Shown: positions 35,996-45,008 of the stretch, piece after piece
How positions within the stretch are numbered: position 1 is the first letter of the stretch
Layout: each line of letters starts with the position of its first letter
NCBI GenBank assembly: GCA_965227775.1
Contig: OZ245777.1
Coordinates: 32,001-96,000, forward strand
Direction: 5' to 3'
Source: Phycisphaerales bacterium
Lineage (GTDB): Bacteria; Planctomycetota; Phycisphaerae; Phycisphaerales; UBA1924
Length of the DNA: 64,000 nucleotides
Program-made: the position numbers and the translations under genes
Notes under the pieces: model-generated
Seen by the model: only the letters and a program-made list of their open reading frames with translations
Told to the model about the DNA's origin: nothing
Databases searched by the model: none

Positions 35996-37321
35996 TCAAC
36001 GGTTCTGGCGGGCCAGGAACGCGGCATCGCGCTCGCGACGGATCTGAACCGCGGGATCGACATCAACCATGCGGTTGAGCGCGACTTCGAACCGGTCGTC
36101 CAGTGGCGAACCCATCCACCGCACCGAGTTGTCGGTGCTGTAGATCACCACGAACGGAACATACAGATCCCGGACCTCTCGGAGCTGACGCTCAACGCCG
36201 CCATAGCTCTCCTTGCCCAGCGAAGAGGTAAGCAGCTCCAGCTCCCTGTCGAAGGCGATCGAGTGCTTGAATTGGGTTCGGCTCGTGATGTTTGTCAGCG
36301 TCTCACCGAAGTCCTCCAGGGCCTTGTCGAACAGCGAACGGTCGCGTCGAGCCGCCTCCTGGTCGACCGTGACGAACGGGAACGCCATGCCGATGACCGC
36401 GATGTCGCGTCCGTGGCGGCGCTGCAGATCGTCCATCATGGGCTGCACGTCTTCGTAGCTAAAGGCCACCGTGTGCGTCCAGTAGTACACCACTCGGATG
36501 CGGCCATCGAGCTTGGGCTTGGGTGTGATCCAGGTGACCAGCCCGGAGTCGAAATCGACGATGGGCAGCTCGGTCTGTCCACGATTCTCGAAGTCAGCAC
36601 CCTGCTCTTCTTCGAACGCCCGCCAGCGAGCTGGCCACCTTGCATCCTGGTACAGCAGCGCGTCCTGCGGCGGAATGTCCCAGTTTGGAATGTTGGCCGC
36701 GTCGTTCTGCACAACGCTGCCGATCACACGCGTCCTAGGCGTCTCCGGCGTGGCGCGGCGAGATGCCGCGTCGGATGCCACTTCCTGCGTCTCCCGGGCA
36801 ACGATCTGCACGGCCTCACGCACGCTGCTGCGCTCCACGTCGGCAAACCGAAGCTGGCCCGCCCGATCGACCACGTAGAAGTTCGGGTCCATGTCGGCCT
36901 TGATCGCCTCGCGAAGCTTCGAGCCCGCGTCACGCGCGATCGGGAAGCTCAGACGCAGCCGCTCGGCAGTCTGGGCCGCGGTATCAAAGCCGTCATCCGA
37001 GTGCACGCCGATGACCACCAGGCCCTGATCGGCGTACCGCTTGGCGACGAGCTCGGCCGCACGGGCCGAGGCCGTTGAGCCCGAATGCCAACTCGCCCAC
37101 GTCAGGATCAGGACGGGCTTGCCGTCGAGGTCGTCCGCCGTCACAGGCTCGCCAATCCAGTCGGTCAGCCCACCGAGCAGCGACTTGTCGAACGCGCTGA
37201 GCTCCATGGCATCGAGTGCCGCACGGCGCTCGCCCGAGCCCTCGCGGATGATCTGGTCGCTCTGGGCCAAACCGGCGCTCGCCGCCAGTGCCACGATCGT
37301 CGCCGTCAGAATCCCTCGCAT
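35996..37321 (-). CDS. Secreted tandem TlpA/redoxin-like protein lacking CxxC
   Basis: Signal peptide; GKPVLILTWASW, VVIGVH, FPIARD, FYVVDRAG; second GRIRVVYYW domain; no Cys in the protein. Confidence 0.7.
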   Translation of the reverse strand: MRGILTATIVALAASAGLAQSDQIIREGSGERRAALDAMELSAFDKSLLGGLTDWIGEPVTADDLDGKPVLILTWASWHSGSTASARAAELVAKRYADQGLVVIGVHSDDGFDTAAQTAERLRLSFPIARDAGSKLREAIKADMDPNFYVVDRAGQLRFADVERSSVREAVQIVARETQEVASDAASRRATPETPRTRVIGSVVQNDAANIPNWDIPPQDALLYQDARWPARWRAFEEEQGADFENRGQTELPIVDFDSGLVTWITPKPKLDGRIRVVYYWTHTVAFSYEDVQPMMDDLQRRHGRDIAVIGMAFPFVTVDQEAARRDRSLFDKALEDFGETLTNITSRTQFKHSIAFDRELELLTSSLGKESYGGVERQLREVRDLYVPFVVIYSTDNSVRWMGSPLDDRFEVALNRMVDVDPAVQIRRERDAAFLARQNR

Positions 37322-37507
37322 GCGTACTGCCCTCTGCGCCGTCTCGGCGCGATTGATACCAAAGCACTTCGAACCCCGAACGACGCTGCCAGCATCGGAA
37401 GCCCCGTAGGAGCCTCTCTGGCAGGATACCACGCTCGGCCGGGCCCCGTTGCAAGCGCACTCGCAGGCCCTCTCAATATGACGCCGGCGACGCCGAAATG
37501 TTCCGGC

Positions 37508-38362
37508 TCAGCCCCTCCCAGGCGTACACAGGCATGCCAAGGCGATCGCGGCCGACACCCCAACATTCAGCGAATCGACGCCTTCATTCATCGGAATGCG
37601 AACCCGCTGCGACGCGGCGCTCATCGCCGCGTCCGTCAGCCCCGGGCCCTCCGCACCCAACAGCAGTGCGACACGATCAGGCGGGCAGCGCAGCCCTACC
37701 GACTCAATCGCCGGCGCTTCCGGGTCGGGCGTGAGAGCCAACGTCCGAAATCCGTCACGCCCGAACACATCGAGGTCGCCCGGCCAATCCGCCGCCCAGG
37801 CCGTCGGCACGCGCAGCACGTGCCCCATCGAGACCCGAAGGCTCTTGCGATAGAACGGGTCTGCGCATCCGGGCCCCAGCACGACCGCCGACTGGCCCGG
37901 CCCTAGGGCCGAAAGGCTCCGATACAGCGACCCAACGTTGTCGTGGTTGCTCAGCCCCTCGAGCACCAGCACGCACCGGGCATCTCCCACCACCGCCTCC
38001 AACGGCGGCGTCTCCCCTCGCTCGCCCAGGGCCAGCACGCCGCGATGCATGTCGAAGCCCACGATTTCCTCGGCCACGCTCCGTTCGGCAACGTACACGG
38101 GCGTGCCCGCCGGCAACCGCTCGATCGCGTCTCGCATCGACAGCAGACGCGTCGGCGTGATCAATACCGAACGAACCCGAAACGCCGAAGCAAACAGCTC
38201 CCGGACCACGATCTCGCCCTCGGCAATAAACAACCCGCCCAGGCCCGTGCCGCCATCACGCTGCACCCGCAGCCAGGCGTCCTTCTGATCGCGGTACGGC
38301 TCGAGATCCGGGTCCGACAGATCCTCGACAGCGATGATGTTTGGCCCCGCGGCAGTCGTCAC
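37508..38362 (-). CDS. TrmH/SpoU family RNA methyltransferase
   Basis: FIAEG, NHDNVGS, RVSMG, GAEGPGL, IPM..GVDSLNV. Confidence 0.9.
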   Translation of the reverse strand: MTTAAGPNIIAVEDLSDPDLEPYRDQKDAWLRVQRDGGTGLGGLFIAEGEIVVRELFASAFRVRSVLITPTRLLSMRDAIERLPAGTPVYVAERSVAEEIVGFDMHRGVLALGERGETPPLEAVVGDARCVLVLEGLSNHDNVGSLYRSLSALGPGQSAVVLGPGCADPFYRKSLRVSMGHVLRVPTAWAADWPGDLDVFGRDGFRTLALTPDPEAPAIESVGLRCPPDRVALLLGAEGPGLTDAAMSAASQRVRIPMNEGVDSLNVGVSAAIALACLCTPGRG

Positions 38363-38475
38363 GGGCTCATTCTGGGCGGCCGAAGGCCCGATGGCTAATC
38401 TGCCCGCCCTGCGAACGAGTTGGCCGCTGGGGCGTATCGGACGTTCACCACCGCTTCGAGAAGGGACCCGCGCAC

Positions 38476-39351
38476 GTGGAACTCTGGCAAGCCATCGTGC
38501 TCGGCGTCGTTGAGGGCATCACCGAGTACCTGCCGGTGAGCTCGACGGGCCACCTCATCCTCGCATCGGGGCTCATGGGCTTGAGCGATACACCCGAGGG
38601 CCAGCAGGCGGCCAACGCCTTCAACATCGTCATCCAGGGCGGCGCCATCCTGGCCGTCCTGGGCCTTTACCGCGAGCGCGTGTGGCAGATGCTCAAGGGG
38701 CTTGTGGGCCAAGACGCCGACGGCCTGCGCCTTGCCATCAACATTCTCGTCGCCTTCCTGCCGGCGGCAGCATTGGGCCTCGCATTCAACGATCTCATCG
38801 AGGCGCACCTGTTCAGCGCGAGCGTCGTGCTCACCATGCTCGCGCTCGGTGGTGTCTACATGATCGCCATCGACAAGGCGATCATCGCACCGCGGCGCGA
38901 GGCCCAGGAGGGCATGACGCTCGACGGGCTGCGCCCCTTCCGAGCCTTCATCGTCGGCTTGCTCCAGTGCGTCGCCATGGTCCCGGGCACCAGCCGATCC
39001 ATGATGACCATCACCGGCGGCGTACTCGTCGGCCTCAAGCCCAAGGACGCCGCCGAGTTCAGCTTCTTGCTCGGCCTGCCCACGCTCGGCGGCGCCTGCG
39101 TGCTCACGCTGTTCAAGGACCTCACGCGTGACGACGGCACTCCGACCATGATCGACACGATCGGATGGCCCGCGCTGCTCGTCGGCATCCTGGTCTCAAT
39201 GGTCTCGGCCATGCTCGCCGTCAAGTGGCTCGTCGGCTTCCTCAACAAGCACGGGCTGGCGCTCTTCGGCTGGTACCGCATCGTGCTCGCGGGCGTGCTG
39301 CTCGCCGCAACGCTCGCCGGCATCATCACCTTCGCGCCCGAAGGCGGTTGA
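38476..39351 (+). CDS. uppP: Undecaprenyl-diphosphate phosphatase
   Basis: LGVVEGITEYLPVSSTGHL, IQGGAILA, PGTSRS, AAEFSFLL. Confidence 0.94.
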   Translation: MELWQAIVLGVVEGITEYLPVSSTGHLILASGLMGLSDTPEGQQAANAFNIVIQGGAILAVLGLYRERVWQMLKGLVGQDADGLRLAINILVAFLPAAALGLAFNDLIEAHLFSASVVLTMLALGGVYMIAIDKAIIAPRREAQEGMTLDGLRPFRAFIVGLLQCVAMVPGTSRSMMTITGGVLVGLKPKDAAEFSFLLGLPTLGGACVLTLFKDLTRDDGTPTMIDTIGWPALLVGILVSMVSAMLAVKWLVGFLNKHGLALFGWYRIVLAGVLLAATLAGIITFAPEGG

Positions 39352-39357
39352 CTCGGC

Positions 39358-39633
39358 CTACGAGAAGATGCTGCTCGCGATCAGCAACAGAACGCCGCCG
39401 AAGAAAATCACGTCGACCAGCACGGCCACCGGCATGATGCTCAACACGAGTGCGAAGAACCCGAACCAATCGGGCTTCTTCACCACCGCGATGAGCGACA
39501 CGATCAGCGCGATCGGGCTCAGGATCCCAAACGTGATCAAGCCCGCGCACGCGAACAACAGAGCGATCCGTCCGGGCGTCGTCGGCACGGCGTCATACTG
39601 CTTCAGCGGCTGGCGAGTCGCAGCGGATGGCAT
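39358..39633 (-). CDS. Small membrane hypothetical protein
   Basis: Mostly hydrophobic 91 aa; 9 nt downstream of the MDR-like gene. Confidence 0.6.
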   Translation of the reverse strand: MPSAATRQPLKQYDAVPTTPGRIALLFACAGLITFGILSPIALIVSLIAVVKKPDWFGFFALVLSIMPVAVLVDVIFFGGVLLLIASSIFS

Positions 39634-39642
39634 GCACCAAGT

Positions 39643-40635
39643 TTAGAACTCGATCGCGACGTACAGCAGCTCGGGGCGGGAAAGCAGCCGCGGTGCCTCG
39701 CTGGGCCGCGTCCGCACCTCCACTAGCCCCGAAGTCTCCACATCGCCGGAAGCCAGCAAAGGCAACGCGTCAGCCACCGACCCGAAGCTCGCCCCGATCA
39801 ACTCGAGTTCCCCGCGCATCACCGGCGTCAGGTCCACCGACGCGCCCGGCTCGGGCTCGGCCGCCAGGATGAACGTCCCGCGGGGCCGCAGCATGCCCAG
39901 GGCCAGATCCATCGAGGCCGCGCTCCCCACGCAATCAACCACGACGGTCTGATCACGGCGCCGGCCGACCTCGTCGGCGTGGCGGTGTCGCACGCCCCAC
40001 TTCTCGGCCCGGCCGAACGCCTGGGGCCGCCAGCCCAGCAGGCGCACCGTCGCGTTAAGCTTGGCGATGGTCTGCACGGCCAGCAGTGCGGCGAGGTTGT
40101 CGCCCAGCACCGTCACGTACACCTTACCCTCCATGCGGATCATCCGAGCCGCGTGGAGCGCCCGCGCGAGCGGGCCGGCGAGCAGCGCCGCATCGTCCTC
40201 CAGCCCGTCGGGGGCTAGGGCGAGGTTCCGCCAGGGCACCACCACCGTGTGCGCCATGCTGCCAGGCACGCCGCGCATGCCAAGCGTGCCACCCTCCCGG
40301 CAGTGCTGGCTCACGCCCGCCCGGCACATGTCGCACGTACCGCACGAGACCGTGGGCGAACACACGACGCGCGACTTGAGCAAGCGATCACGCACGCCAC
40401 CGGGCGCATCATCGCTCACCTCGGTCACGACGCCAACCAGATCACGCCCGAGCACCGAGCCGTCCGGCGCGCCCGCCGCGGCGGATCGCACCGAGCCCGG
40501 AACGTCACCGGCAAGGCGGACGCGCACGAGCGCCTCGCCCGCGCCGCACGCCGGTTGCTCAACATCAGACAGCACGGGTTGGTTCTGGCGGGCGACGATC
40601 GCGTCCAAGGAGGGCTCCGGGGCTACACGCCTCAT
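39643..40635 (-). CDS. Zinc-binding medium-chain dehydrogenase-like protein with degenerate active site
   Basis: GroES-like fold with CGTCDMC..C structural Zn site; GRD replaces GHE; VVVDCVGS, LRPRGT. Confidence 0.75.
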   Translation of the reverse strand: MRRVAPEPSLDAIVARQNQPVLSDVEQPACGAGEALVRVRLAGDVPGSVRSAAAGAPDGSVLGRDLVGVVTEVSDDAPGGVRDRLLKSRVVCSPTVSCGTCDMCRAGVSQHCREGGTLGMRGVPGSMAHTVVVPWRNLALAPDGLEDDAALLAGPLARALHAARMIRMEGKVYVTVLGDNLAALLAVQTIAKLNATVRLLGWRPQAFGRAEKWGVRHRHADEVGRRRDQTVVVDCVGSAASMDLALGMLRPRGTFILAAEPEPGASVDLTPVMRGELELIGASFGSVADALPLLASGDVETSGLVEVRTRPSEAPRLLSRPELLYVAIEF

Positions 40636-40639
40636 CGGC

Positions 40640-41434
40640 CTACTGGGGCGTGCGGGTCAAGCCAACAGGCGTCGAGCTCGTCTCGTTGGGCGGCAGGGGT
40701 ATCCAAGGCAGATATTCCCACCAAGCCCGAGACCTTATGAAGACCGGATAGACATACGCCTGCTGGTCCGCGAACCACGACCCGTTCTCGTCGATCCACC
40801 GCTGCCACGCGATGAAATCGAGCCCGTAGTCCTGCCCCGTGAGCAGCTCGAGCGAACGCACCACCGCCGCATGCACCGCCAGGCTCTGCTCGGTATCGGA
40901 CCGCAGCGACGTCACGAGCCCCACCACGACGTCGCTCTGCGGATACTGCCCCAGCGCAATCGCCGCCTCCACTCGCACGTTCTGGTCGGGCTCGTTGGTC
41001 GGCACGATCAACTCGAGCAACCGGGCCGTCGCGGTGGGCTCGTGGATCCGCTGCAGTCCCGTCGCCGCCGCCCGGCGGACGATCGGCTCGGGGTCATCGA
41101 GCGCGGCCGCCAGCAGCGCTCCGTCGGCCGCCACGCCATGGGTGCCCAATCCCCGCGCCGCCGAAGCGCGCACCGCAGCATACTCGTCGTTCAGGTTGTC
41201 CCGAAAAATCTCTAGGATGCGTTCGTCCGGCTCGAGAAGCTGCATCGTCAGCTGCACCGTGCCACGATACCGCGCATCGGGGTCGTACGGATCCCGCGCG
41301 AGCTCGGCCGGGTTAACCTGTGGCGTGTTCAGAAACCTGTTAAAAATGCTGTCGTCACCGACCTGGATACCGCCGCAGCCCCCAAGCGCAAGCACGCAAC
41401 CCAAGACGCCCAAGCTCAATACGACGCGATCCAT
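40640..41434 (-). CDS. HEAT-repeat lipoprotein
   Basis: LALGG-C lipobox; repeated VRASAARGLG, VRRAAATGL, VRVEAAIALG. Confidence 0.8.
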   Translation of the reverse strand: MDRVVLSLGVLGCVLALGGCGGIQVGDDSIFNRFLNTPQVNPAELARDPYDPDARYRGTVQLTMQLLEPDERILEIFRDNLNDEYAAVRASAARGLGTHGVAADGALLAAALDDPEPIVRRAAATGLQRIHEPTATARLLELIVPTNEPDQNVRVEAAIALGQYPQSDVVVGLVTSLRSDTEQSLAVHAAVVRSLELLTGQDYGLDFIAWQRWIDENGSWFADQQAYVYPVFIRSRAWWEYLPWIPLPPNETSSTPVGLTRTPQ

Positions 41435-42110
41435 CGCCCATGCTATCGGCCTCGCCGCCCTCGTGTTCGCCGCGGGCTGCACATCGATGCCCCAGCCCGC
41501 GGGTACGCTCACGGGCCTGAAGGCAGATTGGTTTTACCTTCCCGGCCCGTACAGCACGGAGCGATCGACAAACGAAGGCACGCAGCGTGCCCAAGTCACC
41601 GCTGAGCGCAGCGACGCCTGGACCGTCACCATCGGCGACCCGCCCACCACCATCCAAGTGCGGCGTCTGGCCGACGGCCGTCCCGCTACGGCCAGCATCG
41701 CCAACCCCGATCGCAACGAAACGGCGGTCTTCGATCCACCGCTCGCGCTCGTGCCCATCCCGGGCCAACCAACGCCCGCAGCCGAGTCGGTCGACGTGTC
41801 CCTGTTTTCTGGACTTGAAGTCAAGGCAGACCAACGCCCCTCGCGCACGGGTACGGCTACGCGCACGTTCTTTGCGGTCGAACCAGCGAGTTGGACGCTC
41901 GAAGGCGAGGACGTGCCAGCCCAACGCATGTCCCACGAACTGCTGCTCGACTTCGGCGCAGCCAAGGTGCGCCAGCGCTACGAGAGCCTCGCCGTGCAGG
42001 GCCGAGGCATCATCAAGCAGGAAATGAACGAACGCGTCACGTTCCTTGGCGTCCGCGTCAGCGGTCGCACCGAGCGTTTTGAGATCACGCGATTCATCGA
42101 CGAACGCTGA
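41346..42110 (+). CDS. Hypothetical lipoprotein (start uncertain)
   Basis: IGLAALVFAAG-C lipobox at ~41445-41480 followed by a beta-rich domain; nearest upstream in-frame ATG at 41346. Confidence 0.55.
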   Translation: MLSSPTWIPPQPPSASTQPKTPKLNTTRSIAHAIGLAALVFAAGCTSMPQPAGTLTGLKADWFYLPGPYSTERSTNEGTQRAQVTAERSDAWTVTIGDPPTTIQVRRLADGRPATASIANPDRNETAVFDPPLALVPIPGQPTPAAESVDVSLFSGLEVKADQRPSRTGTATRTFFAVEPASWTLEGEDVPAQRMSHELLLDFGAAKVRQRYESLAVQGRGIIKQEMNERVTFLGVRVSGRTERFEITRFIDER

Positions 42111-42115
42111 ATGCG

Positions 42116-42874
42116 TCAGAACTGCTGATCGCCGGGTTGCCGGAAACCGACAGGCCGATCGAAGATCTCACGCATCAGGATTGCCTGGCGAATGTCGATA
42201 CCACGCGCCGTAAGGGGCATCGCACGCCGGCGGCCACCGACCGCGATGGGGGCCTCTACCGGTCGACCCTGATCTCGGCGCTTTGCCTCGATGACATCAG
42301 TGATGATCGCCTGCTGCACAGGGGGCTGTGCCCGCTCTGCCGGGCGCGTGGCCGGGATCGGGCGCGGCCGATCCCGTTGCGGCTGGCGGGTCGATGGACG
42401 CTGCGCCTGCGATCGCTGCTGAGGTTGCTGTGCTTGCTGTTGCGAACGCTGCGCGGGCTGCTGGCGTTGCTGACGCTGCTGCTGGTCCTGCTGGCGGCGA
42501 CGCTGGGCCTCTATGGCCTCGCGACGGCGGCGGAGCTGCTCTTCCAGGTCCTGACGCTTCGAGGCGGCCCTTTGCTGCTGCTCCTGCTGGCGGCGACGCG
42601 CCAGTTCCTCAAGCCGATCACGAGGCGTGCCCTGCTGCTGCTGGGCACCCTGCTGCTGTGCTCGTTGCTGGGCCGCGGCGGGCAAGGGCGGCGCCTGCGG
42701 CGCTTCGACGCGACCGGTCCGCAGCGCCTCCATCTTGGCCTTCTGGCGGGCCTGATCGGCCTGCTTCTTTTCCTGCGCAGCCTTGAGCTGCTGCACCAGC
42801 CAACCCAGGCCCGAGATCCCGAACGAGACCGCGATGATGATGATGCCGAAATTGTTCTGGACCCACTGCCACAT
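42116..42874 (-). CDS. Membrane-anchored Q/R-rich hypothetical protein (YqfB-like C-terminus)
   Basis: N-terminal TM, Q/R coiled coil, C-terminal IRQAILMREIFDRP. Confidence 0.65.
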   Translation of the reverse strand: MWQWVQNNFGIIIIAVSFGISGLGWLVQQLKAAQEKKQADQARQKAKMEALRTGRVEAPQAPPLPAAAQQRAQQQGAQQQQGTPRDRLEELARRRQQEQQQRAASKRQDLEEQLRRRREAIEAQRRRQQDQQQRQQRQQPAQRSQQQAQQPQQRSQAQRPSTRQPQRDRPRPIPATRPAERAQPPVQQAIITDVIEAKRRDQGRPVEAPIAVGGRRRAMPLTARGIDIRQAILMREIFDRPVGFRQPGDQQF

Positions 42875-42883
42875 AATCCAACC

Positions 42884-43714
42884 CTAGTCGGAAGCCCCAC
42901 CCGACGCCGCCAGACGCGGGAGAGCCACCATCCGCCCCCCATCGACGCTCGCGAACCGCTCAAAGGCCGCCCCGAACACCCGCTGGAGCACCCCCGGATC
43001 GCTCAGGTCGCCACGATCCAGCGGCTTCACGCTCCCATCATCGGCAATCGCCAGCCCCGAGTCTGCCACAGCCGCCGCCCACGGCACGTCGTGTGCCGCC
43101 ACGACCACCGCCAGCCCGCGTCCGGCAAGCTCCCGCAGCGTCTCGATCAATCGCCCGGCATGCCGCGTGTCGAGCGAGCTCGCCGGCTCGTCGGCCAGCA
43201 GCACCTTGCCCGAGAGATCTCCATCACCCAGCTGCGCGAGCGCCCGCGCGATCGTCGCCCGCTGCTGCTGCCCCACGCTCAACCTGGGCATGGCAGAGTC
43301 GGCGTGCGCCGCCAGGTCCATCGCCTCGATGGCGCACTCGACCGCGTCCCCCGAGCTCCGCCGCCCCGCCGCATACGCCCCGAAGCCCACGTACTCGCGC
43401 ACGGTGAAGGCGAACGCCAGGCTGGTCCGCTGGGGCGCGAGCGCCAGCCGCTGCGCCCGGGCCCGCTCGCCCAGCCTGCCGATGGCGGTCCCGCCGAGTT
43501 CCACCGTCCCCCCGGCCGGCGCCAGCACGCCGGCCAGCAGCCGCAGAAGCGTTGACTTGCCAGAACCGTTGGGCCCGACGAGCGTCACGATCCGTCCCGG
43601 CCAAAGGTCGACATCCGCCGGCCCCAGCCCCCGGGTTTGCCGAGGGTACCGGTGCGTCAGCCCGATCGCCCGGAGGCTCGCCAGCCGAGTCGCATTGGTA
43701 CTTTCGCTCGCCAC
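42884..43714 (-). CDS. ABC transporter ATP-binding protein (heme/cobalamin/Fe-siderophore type)
   Basis: GPNGSGKS, LSVGQQQR, LLADEP, HD switch. Confidence 0.88.
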   Translation of the reverse strand: MASESTNATRLASLRAIGLTHRYPRQTRGLGPADVDLWPGRIVTLVGPNGSGKSTLLRLLAGVLAPAGGTVELGGTAIGRLGERARAQRLALAPQRTSLAFAFTVREYVGFGAYAAGRRSSGDAVECAIEAMDLAAHADSAMPRLSVGQQQRATIARALAQLGDGDLSGKVLLADEPASSLDTRHAGRLIETLRELAGRGLAVVVAAHDVPWAAAVADSGLAIADDGSVKPLDRGDLSDPGVLQRVFGAAFERFASVDGGRMVALPRLAASGGASD

Positions 43715-43807
43715 GCCCCTACGCTAGTGGCCCTCGGCCAGCCGAGGACGGTTTTTCAGCCTTTGTTCAGCGGGCCACCACCGCAACTGCACCTTCGGAG
43801 ACGGGCC

Positions 43808-44812
43808 ATGGACCAGAACAGCAACGGCAGCACCACCCAGCCCAAGGGCGTCGTCGCCGTCACCGGAGCCACCGGCTTCGTCGGCGGCCACGTGGTCCGC
43901 GCCCTGCTCGATCGCGGCTACCAGGTCCGCGCCCTCAGCCACTCGCACAAGGACATCGCCGACCTGCGCGACCGCAACGCCGTCACCGTCACCGTGGGCG
44001 ACATCAACGACGCCGACGCCCTCAACGAACTCGTCCGCGGCTGCACCGCCGTAGTCCACCTCGTCGGCATCATCCGCGAGGCAAAGAACAAGCGCTTCGA
44101 GAAGCTGCACGTCGAGGGCACCCGCAGCATCGTCAAGGCCTGCCAGCGGAACGGCATCAACCGCTACCTGCACATGTCCGCGCTCGGCGTCAGCGACGAG
44201 TCCAAGACCGAGTACCAGAAGACCAAGTTCAAGGCCGAGCAGGAAGTCCGCGCGTCAGGCCTTGACTGGACGATCTTCCGCCCCTCGCTCATCCACGGGC
44301 CGGGCGGCGAGTTCACGCAGATGATGGTCCAGTGGAGCCGCGGCGAGATCGCGCCCTGGATCGGCATGCCCTACTTCCGCCGGCCCGAGACCGAGCAGCG
44401 CGTGCCACTGGGCGGCGTTACCTACGTCGATCCCGAGGTCCAGCCAATCATCGTCACCGACGTCGCCGGCTACTTCGCCGACGCCATCGACCGCGAGGAC
44501 ACCATCGGCGAGATCTTCAACCTCGTGGGTTCCGAGCGCCTCACCTGGCCGGCCATGCTCGAGTACGTCCACGAGCACGTTCCCCACGCCAAGCACGGCG
44601 TCGCCCCGCTCTGGGCCCCCGCCGATATCGCGGCCCTGCAGGCCAAGGCCGCGCAGTTTGTGGGCCTGGGCAGCCTCCTGCCCTTCGACGAGGGCATGGC
44701 CACCATGGGCGCCGAAGACTCCACCTCATCGCTCGAACGCGTCGAGGCCTACTTCGAGCGCGAGCCGCAGCCCTTCCGCGAGTCGTTCTCGGTCTACGCC
44801 GGCAAGCTGTAG
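43808..44812 (+). CDS. NAD-dependent epimerase/dehydratase family (NDUFA9-like)
   Basis: VTGATGFVG, VVHLVGIIRE, HMSALG, YQKTK, WTIFRPSLIHG. Confidence 0.88.
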   Translation: MDQNSNGSTTQPKGVVAVTGATGFVGGHVVRALLDRGYQVRALSHSHKDIADLRDRNAVTVTVGDINDADALNELVRGCTAVVHLVGIIREAKNKRFEKLHVEGTRSIVKACQRNGINRYLHMSALGVSDESKTEYQKTKFKAEQEVRASGLDWTIFRPSLIHGPGGEFTQMMVQWSRGEIAPWIGMPYFRRPETEQRVPLGGVTYVDPEVQPIIVTDVAGYFADAIDREDTIGEIFNLVGSERLTWPAMLEYVHEHVPHAKHGVAPLWAPADIAALQAKAAQFVGLGSLLPFDEGMATMGAEDSTSSLERVEAYFEREPQPFRESFSVYAGKL

Positions 44813-45008
44813 CCCCCGACGTTCCCCCACAAATCCCCTGATCTGCGGGCGACTCCCACGTCCGCCAATTGCGGCAAGTTGCGCAGGTCGATCCGCGCAC
44901 GCCGGTTGTGCACGCGCGTTATCGAAATGCCGCGTAGCCACGCATGCCCGCACGCCCGCCCAATCGCAAGTTGTTCGTGGCAACAACCGATGCCCAGAGG
45001 AGATCCGG

